Shown here: positions 8,056 through 15,965 of the stretch, piece after piece
Numbering within the stretch: the first letter of the stretch is position 1
Layout: each line of letters begins with the position of its first letter
Assembly: GCA_964540015.1 (NCBI GenBank)
Contig: CAZIKW010000002.1
Location: 1 to 34,172 of the forward strand
DNA: 34,172 nucleotides
Source of the DNA: an uncultured Methanosarcinales archaeon
GTDB taxonomy: Archaea > Nanobdellota > Nanobdellia > Woesearchaeales > UBA525
Direction: 5' to 3'
The notes under the pieces: model-generated
What the model saw: only the letters and a program-made list of their open reading frames with translations
Told to the model about the DNA's origin: nothing
Databases searched by the model: none
Translations under genes and position numbers: made by a program

Positions 8056-9271
8056 CACCTCCAGGAGTGCGTTGTTTTTTTAGCGATCTACCAGTCAGGG
8101 CACGCCATACGAGGCGACCAAGAGCGTGATACGCCGCGAGGCCATGAATCAGGTAGAAGAGCGGTGCGCCGATAAGCCCGCTCCAAAAGACCGATGATCG
8201 TTTCGCCATCGTTCGCCATGCCATCTCGTTGAGAAGTGGTAAGTAGAGGATAGTGGTGAGGATAGCCAGAGATATTGTTGTTTTTCCCGAAAATACGAAT
8301 GCGGCAACAAGCAAGGTGGGGCCCATAATCCAATAGAGTGCGTGGCTCAGTAATTGCATACTACGCAGAAAGGCTTTCGCTCTATGTCCGTGCTTCGCCG
8401 CAACGATACGGTAATAGCGCGGCGCTTCTAAGGGGCCAAAATACCAATTGCTTTGCTGGAGGAAGAGCCCACGAACCGTTCCTGCGGTTTCTGCTTGGTC
8501 AAAGCAAGGGAGAGGATGGATAGGAATATTCAGAACGTTGAGGGCGAGACCGAAAATCGCATCCTCATTATGCATGTTTTCTCGGAACCCTCCGACGATA
8601 TCGTATACTTCGCGCGTAAAGAACAGACCGTGACCAATACAGTAATTCATGGACTTCCATCGAGTGAACTGATCTAGCGCGTGAGGGATTTCAAAACCCA
8701 CGCTCCAACGATTTTGCCACGCGGCGGCAGAAGCGAGAATAAGACCGCGTATACTCTTTGCGGGATGCAATCCTCGAGAGTAATCTCCGTATTGCTGACA
8801 AACACGAGCTCCTGTGCGAACGAGACCAGCGACATATCGCAACGTTCGCGGGTCCGGTCGGCTATCCGCATTGTACACGCCAAACACGTGTTTTGGAGGT
8901 TTGTTGAGCGTGCGAACCGCATAATTGAGCTGATGCGCCATTTTCGTCCCCGTGCCCGAATAGTGGAGGTGCTTCACTCGCCGATGCCGTCGTGCCAAAG
9001 CCCGGGCGATTGTCAGGGTGGTGATTTTCCCTTTCGGCTCTCGCGCGGTCGTTACCAGAACAATTTTGGCACTTGGGAAGTGCTCAAGAAAATAGGTTAC
9101 CGTTGCCTCTAATCGGGCAGTTTCTTCCAGGCACGGAATAAGTAATGTGCATGCTATCGGCCTGTCAGATGCGTGTTTTTGCGCGAGCCATCGTTTGGTG
9201 CGCCCTATCTTCCACATCCAATGAAGACCAACCGCAAGAAAGCCGACACAGAGGAGAGTGGTGATGATCAT
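8036..9271 (-). CDS. Membrane glycosyltransferase family 2, processive-type (QxxRW)
   Basis: 411 aa. N-terminal TM helix, 'YNADSRPD' (DxD-like), 'NEDAIFG' (ED) and 'WQNRW' (QxxRW motif of processive beta-glycosyltransferases), plus C-terminal TM helices. ATGA overlap with the upstream kinase stop (9268-9271). Confidence 0.8.
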   Translation of the reverse strand: MIITTLLCVGFLAVGLHWMWKIGRTKRWLAQKHASDRPIACTLLIPCLEETARLEATVTYFLEHFPSAKIVLVTTAREPKGKITTLTIARALARRHRRVKHLHYSGTGTKMAHQLNYAVRTLNKPPKHVFGVYNADSRPDPRTLRYVAGLVRTGARVCQQYGDYSRGLHPAKSIRGLILASAAAWQNRWSVGFEIPHALDQFTRWKSMNYCIGHGLFFTREVYDIVGGFRENMHNEDAIFGLALNVLNIPIHPLPCFDQAETAGTVRGLFLQQSNWYFGPLEAPRYYRIVAAKHGHRAKAFLRSMQLLSHALYWIMGPTLLVAAFVFSGKTTISLAILTTILYLPLLNEMAWRTMAKRSSVFWSGLIGAPLFYLIHGLAAYHALGRLVWRALTGRSLKKQRTPGGDALVTR

Positions 9272-9870
9272 TGTCGTTCCATAATGTGCGCGTACGCAAT
9301 CGTTTTCACTTCTTTCGGGGTCAGATGCGTCGTATCGATATGGAGGTAGTTGGGTGAGATGGAAACGAGACCGGAAATGCGCGCATCCATCTGCTCAATG
9401 ATGTGTGTAGGCTCAAGAGGGTGGCTTGAACGATTTCTTTGCCGGATGCGCTCAAGGCGCACGGCTCGATCGGCAGACAGAAAGATGGGGATGTCAAAGT
9501 GGTACAACTCCGGTTCGTGCGCAACGAGACGTTCAGCGACGTCAGGCATACCGTGAGTTTCACAAAACGCAATGACCCGTTCCCAATACGTATCCTGTAG
9601 AAGAAATTGCGGCACGTCGGCGATATGAGGATGGTACTCTTTTGCGTCTCTGAGGTATGCGTCCACCAGGAGATAATTCGCGTCTTGCTGGCGGCTTACG
9701 TCACCGCTCGCGAGCATTTTGAGCGCGGTGCGCATTTCGACCGTCTTACTGAGATCGAACTTATTGCGAAAGGGGATTCCATCCTCTGAAAGCAGATCGT
9801 AGAGATTGTCGATAAGCGTCGTCTTTCCGGCACACGCGGTGCCGGTGATGAGGACGCTGACAAGCGGCAT
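9268..9870 (-). CDS. P-loop kinase-like protein (second dNK/NMP-kinase-fold gene)
   Basis: 200 aa. 'VLITGTACAGKTTLIDNL' Walker A at the N terminus and a 'RLERIRQR' lid-like basic segment. First gene of the minus-strand operon. Confidence 0.6.
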   Translation of the reverse strand: MPLVSVLITGTACAGKTTLIDNLYDLLSEDGIPFRNKFDLSKTVEMRTALKMLASGDVSRQQDANYLLVDAYLRDAKEYHPHIADVPQFLLQDTYWERVIAFCETHGMPDVAERLVAHEPELYHFDIPIFLSADRAVRLERIRQRNRSSHPLEPTHIIEQMDARISGLVSISPNYLHIDTTHLTPKEVKTIAYAHIMERQ

Positions 9871-9890
9871 ACGACAGGGGTTGAGGCGCG

Positions 9891-9899
9891 ATTAATATA
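9891..9899 (-). promoter_or_regulatory. TATA box for the minus-strand six-gene operon
   Basis: Complement reads 'TATATTAAT', centred about 25 nt upstream of ATG 9870. Confidence 0.5.
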
Positions 9900-9930
9900 C
9901 ACTGCTATTCCTGGGGAAAGACAACATTCT

Positions 9931-9938
9931 TTTTATAT
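9931..9938 (+). promoter_or_regulatory. TATA box for the K+ channel gene
   Basis: 'TTTTATAT' centred about 28 nt upstream of ATG 9963. Confidence 0.55.
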
Positions 9939-9962
9939 GGCCGTCCACCACCATTCATACAC

Positions 9963-10766
9963 ATGCCCCACTGGCGAGAACGGCTGCACACCGTCGTGTT
10001 CGAGGCGGACACCACTGCCGGCAAGACATTCGATATCGTCGTTATCGCAAGCATCCTTCTGAGTGTCCTCGCCGTGATGCTCGAGACGGTGCCATCGATA
10101 CGCGATGGGCCGTACGGCCACACCCTCATTCTTGTCGAATGGTCGTTCACGATCCTCTTCACTATCGAGTACCTGCTGCGCCTGATTGCCGTGAAACAGC
10201 CGATCCAGTACGCGCTCAGCTTCTATGGCCTCGTGGATCTCTTCGCGATCCTGCCCACGTATCTGAGCCCCTTAAGCCCAAACGCACCAGCATTCCTCGT
10301 GCTGCGTATGTTGCGCCTGATGCGATTGTTCCGGGTGTTTAAGCTAGGTAAATACGTCCTCGCCGCCCACGCGCTCGGTCACGCGCTACGCGAGAGCCGG
10401 CGGAAGATTCTCGTGTTCCTGCTCGGCGTGATCGCTATTACGACGGTCAGCGGCGCGATGATGTATCTCGCTGAAGGCCAACAACCTGGCTTTGACAGTT
10501 TGCCCGAGAGCATGTACTGGGCGATCGTCACGCTCACGACCGTTGGTTTCGGAGATGTCGTGCCCGTGACCACACTCGGAAAAGTCCTCGCTTCACTCCT
10601 GATGATTTTCGGGTTCGGTGTGATAGCGGTGCCGACAGGCATCGTTTCAGCCGAGCTCGCGCGCGCTGATATGCGCCGCCTCACCACGCAAGCATGTCGT
10701 GCGTGTATGAGTGGCGATCACGCGCATGATGCGGCATTCTGTCGTCGTTGCGGCGAGAAATTGTAA
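9963..10766 (+). CDS. Voltage-gated-type K+ channel (6TM) with C-terminal zinc-ribbon
   Basis: 'TLTTVGFGDV' K+ selectivity filter. S4-like 'LRMLRLMRLFRVFKLGK' with a basic residue every third position. C-terminal 'CRAC...CRRC'. Confidence 0.85.
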   Translation: MPHWRERLHTVVFEADTTAGKTFDIVVIASILLSVLAVMLETVPSIRDGPYGHTLILVEWSFTILFTIEYLLRLIAVKQPIQYALSFYGLVDLFAILPTYLSPLSPNAPAFLVLRMLRLMRLFRVFKLGKYVLAAHALGHALRESRRKILVFLLGVIAITTVSGAMMYLAEGQQPGFDSLPESMYWAIVTLTTVGFGDVVPVTTLGKVLASLLMIFGFGVIAVPTGIVSAELARADMRRLTTQACRACMSGDHAHDAAFCRRCGEKL

Positions 10767-10775
10767 GAAGAAGCA

Positions 10776-11753
10776 TTATACGCGCTTCATCCAGGCGTAG
10801 ACTGACGGCCACGCATCCATATCGATGCGATGTGCTTGGTGCGTGAGCTCGTACGTGCCCGGCGGTACGTTGACGACGGTCGTGAAGGGATCTTCGAGGA
10901 CTTGCTTGAGGAAATCGTTATCTTTCTGCGCGAGAGTATCTTGATCTGCGACGGAATACCACCACAAGCCCGTGCAGATGGAACCGACTTGACGAGCTCG
11001 CGCACCTGTCGTCGGATCTCGTAGCGTTTTTCCTTCGCTCTGACCGATCAAAATCGTGTCGCTTCCTTTATGCTGGAAAATACCAGGGCAGCTGTTGCCG
11101 ACAAATCCGTGGAGCATACCTTGCGCGGCATAAAACGCCGACCACTCAAAGACACCCAGGTCAGTATCGAGGCCATGAGTCTCCACCATTTGTTCAGGGA
11201 AAAAATCCGTAAGATCATCTCGCATCACGAGCTTTCCTGACGGGCATTCGAGCCGGAATACGAATGGCGGCATGCCGTCCGGATATGGGCAAGGAGCATC
11301 CGAGAACTCAAGAGCATTGCGCTCCTTGTTGAGCGCGTAGGAAATGACACGGAACGTCTGACCGTCCGTACGAAGAGCGAATTGATTTCCGCAGTCTTTG
11401 CAAGAGTGATGGAGTGGGAGATCGACAGGGTGCTCTAAAGGAGTGTTCGATTCTACGGCATTCGCGAGTTCGGGCACCCGTCCTGAGTTGCGAATGGAGT
11501 TATGGACACTCTCAGCATCAAGATAGAATCCGTAATCACGGACGTACTTGAACGCCGTTGTCGCTGAAGAACGCAAATGACCGTTCCAATCGATGGGGAT
11601 TTTCCCTTCGCGGATCTGATGGTATAACTGATCGGCGAGTTGGAAAGCAGCAAGATGCTCTTTGTAGTTCGGGCTAACCGAGCGCGAAAGTTTTTCGAGC
11701 TCCGCTTTGGGAAGTTGGCGTAGCTTTTCGACAAGCTCATCCGCGAAGTCCAT
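10776..11753 (-). CDS. Hypothetical protein (no recognisable family)
   Basis: Long ORF with coding-like composition. 'TTATAAAT' (complement of 11779-11786) lies about 26-33 nt upstream of ATG 11753 (MDFADELVEKL...), which favours that start over GTG 11771. Confidence 0.6.
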   Translation of the reverse strand: MDFADELVEKLRQLPKAELEKLSRSVSPNYKEHLAAFQLADQLYHQIREGKIPIDWNGHLRSSATTAFKYVRDYGFYLDAESVHNSIRNSGRVPELANAVESNTPLEHPVDLPLHHSCKDCGNQFALRTDGQTFRVISYALNKERNALEFSDAPCPYPDGMPPFVFRLECPSGKLVMRDDLTDFFPEQMVETHGLDTDLGVFEWSAFYAAQGMLHGFVGNSCPGIFQHKGSDTILIGQSEGKTLRDPTTGARARQVGSICTGLWWYSVADQDTLAQKDNDFLKQVLEDPFTTVVNVPPGTYELTHQAHRIDMDAWPSVYAWMKRV

Positions 11754-11916
11754 ATCGACGATAGAGGTCACGCGTCATTTATAAGGGTTGTTACTGAACA
11801 GGGGTGTCTTTGTTATCGACGGGGCGGCCACGAGTTTCTTCAACGAAAAGACCCACCACGTTTCGTGGCAGTCCACAGTACTTTTCTCCGTGCCGCCCCG
11901 TGTTCAATCTTCACAA

Positions 11917-12261
11917 CTACCCCTGCGGCGTCCAAACAAGCGTCCCTTCGAGCTTTTGCAGCTGACCCTTGCCATTGAAACGGTAACCCCAGAAACTACC
12001 GGCGTTATCGCCTTCAAGCGAACCGAAGCAGATATCACCTTTCACCTTGTGATTGCACAGTATCTTGGTGAATGCTGGATTGTTGTCGAGGTAGTCCATG
12101 TGCTCGGCATGATCCGCATTGAAGGACAACTTGTGCTTTTAGGCGACGTCCTCCTCCTCGTACCACACTTCGCCCTCGTACGCCTGTGCTTTGAACAAGT
12201 CGCTGATGCACTTCTTTGACACCGTGACGGTGTTGACGATATTCTCAATAGACCAGCCCAT
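11917..12261 (-). pseudogene. ORF interrupted by an in-frame TAA (40 codons + stop + 73 codons); pseudogene, assembly error, or two small genes
   Basis: ATG 12261-12259 is preceded by 'GAGAGGTGGGGG'. I checked the reading frame codon by codon down to TAA (12141-12139). The same frame continues into track ORF 11917..12129, whose 'M' is a TTG codon. Confidence 0.35.
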
Positions 12262-12349
12262 AAGGAAACCCGCCCCCACCTCTCACAGCCAGCTGCATTG
12301 AGATGTTTAAGGCAGTTTCGGTCTTGGGGAAAGAAAAAAGGAAAGAAAC

Positions 12350-12421
12350 AGCGCCCGCCCAGATTTGAACTGGGGAATGATCGCTCTGCAGGCGATTGCC
12401 TTACCGCTTGGCTACGGGCGC
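12350..12421 (-). tRNA. tRNA-Cys (GCA)
   Basis: Hand-folded 72-nt cloverleaf: acceptor GCGCCCG/CGGGCGC, anticodon stem ATCGC/GCGAT with loop CTGCAGA, T arm CCCAG-TTCAAAT-CTGGG, discriminator U. No CCA is encoded. Confidence 0.9.
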
Positions 12422-12453
12422 GCTATAATTAGGAGACGGAACCCCGACGGTCC

Positions 12454-12460
12454 TTTAAAA
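12454..12460 (-). promoter_or_regulatory. TATA box upstream of tRNA-Cys
   Basis: Complement reads 'TTTTAAA', about 36 nt upstream of the mature 5' end. Confidence 0.5.
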
Positions 12461-12630
12461 GAGTTTCCCAGGCGAATCCCTAGAGTGTTCACTCCCGCGG
12501 ACCGCTGCAGGCGATACTGTTCACGACGGGTTTCGGAATACCGCACAGTCGGTGTAACCGACACGGCATCCTCAGAGGGAAAGCCAAGGCAAGTGAGTAT
12601 GCTGTGCGTGGCAGCCTACAGATTTCTCGA

Positions 12631-12705
12631 CGGACCCGAGGAGATTCGAACTCCCGACCTACGCCTTAGAAGGGCGTCGCTCTATCCAAGCTGAGCTACG
12701 AGTCC
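12631..12705 (-). tRNA. tRNA-Arg (UCU)
   Basis: Hand-folded 75-nt cloverleaf: acceptor GGACTCG/CGGGTCC (one G-U pair), D arm GCTC-AGCTTGGATA-GAGC, anticodon stem ACGCC/GGCGT with loop CTTCTAA, T arm GGGAG-TTCGAAT-CTCCT, discriminator G. No CCA is encoded. Confidence 0.9.
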
Positions 12706-12733
12706 AGGTTGGGGATGAGCACCCGAACAGTGC

Positions 12734-12740
12734 TTTTAAA
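12734..12740 (-). promoter_or_regulatory. TATA box upstream of tRNA-Arg
   Basis: Complement reads 'TTTAAAA', about 32 nt upstream of the tRNA 5' end. Confidence 0.5.
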
Positions 12741-12793
12741 CATTCCCGTGATGTGCCAAGAACGCCGCTTCCCGACGGATTCCATGGAGAGGT

Positions 12794-12802
12794 CTTTTAA
12801 AT
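12794..12802 (+). promoter_or_regulatory. TATA box for the 12825 gene
   Basis: 'CTTTTAAAT' centred about 27 nt upstream of ATG 12825. Confidence 0.5.
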
Positions 12803-12824
12803 CGTTCTTTGCGCAGGTGCGCGC

Positions 12825-13463
12825 ATGAATCAGTGGGAGGTTCGTTGGCGTACTCCAACGCAGGCTGTCGTCACGCTTGACGATATCCAGTCTCTCCCGC
12901 TCCAAAAGCGTCCTGCAGTCGTGCTACCGCTGCTCACGAATATCAAGACCGCGACTGCCGAGATCGATGCACTCGCGAAAACATTCCCTGAAATCATCCT
13001 GTCGATCGATGGCGCTGTGCCAAACGACCCGTACATGAGCCAACTCCTCCTCTATGCCCGACGCGGCTACGCGATACGCGACGATGAGGGTACCCATTTC
13101 GTGCGGTTCGGTGTGCGAAACGAAGGCAACTGGACCCCAGAGCAAGCGTGCCAACTCCTCACACGCATCAATCTCACGGTCGGAAACAACGGCATCATCG
13201 AGCAATTCTTTCCATCGGATTTCGCGGCGCGGCTTGTAGCACGTCGCCTTCAGAACGATCCATGGCTTGATGCAGCAAAGAACTACCGCACCAACAAAGG
13301 ATTACGCATCTATACCCCGATAACCGCGCACACGCGCGCTATCGAAGCGATGATCTCGCTCTCCGACGGCATCGTGCTTGAGCCTGGGATGCGACCGGAA
13401 CCCGATGTCAACGCCGTATGGCGTGGCACGGTCACGAGGACCTCCTACGGCGGCGAGCGATAA
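12825..13463 (+). CDS. Hypothetical protein (no recognisable family)
   Basis: 212-aa ORF with a TATA box at leaderless distance. No motif recognised. Confidence 0.55.
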   Translation: MNQWEVRWRTPTQAVVTLDDIQSLPLQKRPAVVLPLLTNIKTATAEIDALAKTFPEIILSIDGAVPNDPYMSQLLLYARRGYAIRDDEGTHFVRFGVRNEGNWTPEQACQLLTRINLTVGNNGIIEQFFPSDFAARLVARRLQNDPWLDAAKNYRTNKGLRIYTPITAHTRAIEAMISLSDGIVLEPGMRPEPDVNAVWRGTVTRTSYGGER

Positions 13464-13498
13464 TCCGACGGATTGCTTGGGAAGCAACACGTCGATCG

Positions 13499-14968
13499 TC
13501 AAGACCGCAAGTAGTCGATAACCAAACGAACGCCGAACGCGGTGCCTTCGTTCTTTCTCGCGAGGAATCGCTCACGAACGTCCGCATACGCGACACCAGC
13601 GATATCGAGGTGCGCCCACGGTACCGTGCCTGTGAATTGCTTGAGTAAAGCGGCAGCAGCTGACGCGCCCGCCATCTTGGGCATCCCCATGTTGCGATAG
13701 TCAGCGATGTGACTGTCGATATCACGGTCGTGCTCGTCCCATAAGGGAAGTTGCCATACGCGCTCGCCGGAGCGCTCACCTGATACACGGATAGCATCAA
13801 TTAATTCTTGGTTCGTGCCGAGGATACCTGCGGCATTGTCACCCAAAGCGACGACACATGCACCAGTCAACGTCGCGAGGCTGATCATCTGATCGGGTTT
13901 CAAGGTCGACGCGTGATAGAGCGCATCGGACAAGACCACACGGCCTTCCGCATCCGTGTTGTCGATCTCGATCGTCTTTCCTGATTTCGTCCGTACCACG
14001 TCGCCAGGTTTGAATGCGCCGCCCGAGACCATGTTCTCCGCGAGCGCCATGATGCCGATGATACGCACCGGCAACCGCAAGCGCGATGCTGCACGCACGA
14101 TACCAAGCGTCGCAGCGGCGCCGGACATATCGAATTTCATCTGCCACATCTTGTCGCTCGGTTTGAGCGAGTAGCCGCCCGTATCGAACGTGATGCCTTT
14201 GCCGACGATCGCGATCGTACGCTTCGCCCCTTTTGGCGCATACTCAAGCGTGACGAGACGCGGTTCAGCATCGCTACCTTTGCCGACGCTCAGGATCCCT
14301 CCCCAGCCGCCTTTCTCAAGCGCGCGTTTGTCGAGCACACTGATGCCGAGCTTCTCCTGCTTTGCTATCCGCATCGCCGCGTCCGCGAACATCGCAGGCG
14401 TCAAGTCGACACTCGGCGTGTTCTGCAAGTCGCGCACGAGAGCGCACGTCTCAGAGAGGATGATACCTGCGTCAAAACCGTTGCGCGCAGCCATGCCGGT
14501 ACGGTCGGAGATGATGGCGATACTGTCGATCTCCTTGCGCTTGTCCGCATCGACGGTTTTGTACGCGAAGTGCGTGTACGTCCCTGCAGCAGCGCCTTCC
14601 GTGACCGCCTGCGCCGCTTCTGCCGCGTCGAGTTCTTGCGGCACTTCAAACGCAATGGTTTTCGCGCCGACGTCGCGCAGACGGGATGCGGCGCCGTACG
14701 CGGCGGTGCGCATGCGGTGCGCCGTGACCGCGTCGCGCTTCCCTAAGCCCGCGAGGATGTAGAATCGTGGTGTGCCGTCAGCGACGATGGTGAGGAACTG
14801 CTCTCTCTTTCCTTCGAACTCCTTGCGTGAGCGCGCAAGGGAAATATCACGGCCGCATTTCTGCGCGAATCGCGCTTCCGCATCGCTGCGCTCTTCGTAT
14901 GTGAAGATGACGACCGCATCGGTCTTGTGCGTGAAGATATCGGAACTCGCGAAAGAGAATTGTGCCAT
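13499..14968 (-). CDS. pepA: Leucyl aminopeptidase (M17 family)
   Basis: 'NTDAEGRVVL' M17 signature, 'VGKGITFDTGGYSLKP', and the C-terminal catalytic domain layout. The start at 14968 (MAQFSF...) is preceded by 'GGTGG'. The track's 15028 start is an upstream in-frame alternative. Confidence 0.9.
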   Translation of the reverse strand: MAQFSFASSDIFTHKTDAVVIFTYEERSDAEARFAQKCGRDISLARSRKEFEGKREQFLTIVADGTPRFYILAGLGKRDAVTAHRMRTAAYGAASRLRDVGAKTIAFEVPQELDAAEAAQAVTEGAAAGTYTHFAYKTVDADKRKEIDSIAIISDRTGMAARNGFDAGIILSETCALVRDLQNTPSVDLTPAMFADAAMRIAKQEKLGISVLDKRALEKGGWGGILSVGKGSDAEPRLVTLEYAPKGAKRTIAIVGKGITFDTGGYSLKPSDKMWQMKFDMSGAAATLGIVRAASRLRLPVRIIGIMALAENMVSGGAFKPGDVVRTKSGKTIEIDNTDAEGRVVLSDALYHASTLKPDQMISLATLTGACVVALGDNAAGILGTNQELIDAIRVSGERSGERVWQLPLWDEHDRDIDSHIADYRNMGMPKMAGASAAAALLKQFTGTVPWAHLDIAGVAYADVRERFLARKNEGTAFGVRLVIDYLRS

Positions 14969-15002
14969 TGCGTACCACCTACGCAAATCGGCCGGGCAGG
15001 CG

Positions 15003-15011
15003 CTTATAAAT
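15003..15011. promoter_or_regulatory. Shared near-palindromic TATA element between divergent pepA and HAD genes
   Basis: 'CTTATAAAT' lies between ATG 14968 (-) and ATG 15064 (+). Both genes then have GGTGG-type ribosome-binding sites. Confidence 0.45.
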
Positions 15012-15063
15012 CTTTGCGGAAGCTTCAAAAGAGGCAGCCAAATGCTGACGTGCGGTGGTAGGT

Positions 15064-15891
15064 ATGGCAGAGCATTTCATCATCGATTTCGACGGAACAC
15101 TGACGAACACAGAGCTCGAGGCGAAGCCATGCGTCGACGCGTTCCCCGATATCCTGTCACAGAAAATAAGCCAACCACGTATCGTCATCGACGCATTGGC
15201 AGCGCGATTCAGCGCACAAGTCGCGCAGGACCCGACAAGCGGATGGATGAACGACGGAAAGATCGTCGCTCCTGCAGTGGTGGATCCATACGTATTCGCA
15301 ACGACCGTGTACGGCAAGGTATACGAGGAGTTGTGCGGATCACAAGGGCGTGATGCGACGCTCGCCGATGTCTTCAAAGAGGCGTATCCGAAATCCACAA
15401 CAGCGTTCCATCCCGGCGCGGACGGGTTCTTACGCGAGCTTTCGGATCAGTATGAAGCAGTCATCGTCACCAATTCAGCAACTGATGCAGTGCAGCGAAA
15501 GCAGGAGCAATTGCTCGGCCGCGGATGCCTCCTCCAGTGCGTTCGAGTGCTTGGTAACGCGAAGAAGTACGTGATCGATGACACGTGGGACGCGATCCCG
15601 GAAACGATCACGCTCAAGGACGCTCCACGACCGACATTTTTACGACGGAAGAAATACGCCGATGTCATCGCGAGCCTCAACTGGGATCCCGCGCAAACAA
15701 CGGTTATCGGTGATGTGTACGAACTCGATCTCGCGATGCCGGAACAACTGGGATACAAGACCATTCACCTCGTAAACGAGCGAACGCCCCAGTGGGAATT
15801 GACGCATGAAGCGGCTGGTCGATACGTCGCGCACGGATACGATGATGCACTGCGGCACATCTTCGGTATGCGGATCAAGTCACTCGGATAG
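15064..15891 (+). CDS. HAD-superfamily hydrolase
   Basis: 'IIDFDGTLTN' (motif I, DxDxT), 'VTNS' (motif II) and 'GDVYELD' (motif IV). ATG 15064 is preceded by GGTGG. Confidence 0.8.
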   Translation: MAEHFIIDFDGTLTNTELEAKPCVDAFPDILSQKISQPRIVIDALAARFSAQVAQDPTSGWMNDGKIVAPAVVDPYVFATTVYGKVYEELCGSQGRDATLADVFKEAYPKSTTAFHPGADGFLRELSDQYEAVIVTNSATDAVQRKQEQLLGRGCLLQCVRVLGNAKKYVIDDTWDAIPETITLKDAPRPTFLRRKKYADVIASLNWDPAQTTVIGDVYELDLAMPEQLGYKTIHLVNERTPQWELTHEAAGRYVAHGYDDALRHIFGMRIKSLG

Positions 15892-15935
15892 TAAGAGGTA
15901 TCCCCAATCCCCAATCGCATCTATCGACGGAATAG

Positions 15936-15943
15936 TTTATAAA
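15936..15943 (+). promoter_or_regulatory. TATA box for the ABC transporter operon
   Basis: 'TTTATAAA' centred about 26 nt upstream of ATG 15966. Confidence 0.55.
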
Positions 15944-15965
15944 CCGATTTCCGGAAGGGAATACG

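Noticed and set aside
11819-11901. Perfect 10-bp GC-rich inverted repeat (ACGGGGCGGC ... GCCGCCCCGT) enclosing 63 nt with an inner CCACG-TTT-CGTGG hairpin, downstream of the interrupted ORF
   Set aside because: Allowing spacers up to about 100 nt, roughly three such 10-bp inverted repeats are expected by chance in 34 kb. I recognised no motif for a known ncRNA. It could be a 3' structure, but it is not supportable from sequence alone.
12365-12694. 109-aa plus-strand ORF
   Set aside because: It overlaps both hand-folded tRNA genes on the opposite strand and their promoter region. It shows no coding signal.
15901-15918. Short direct repeat CCCCAATCCCCAATC upstream of the ABC operon
   Set aside because: There are only two 7-nt copies, and no partner site or conservation can be assessed.
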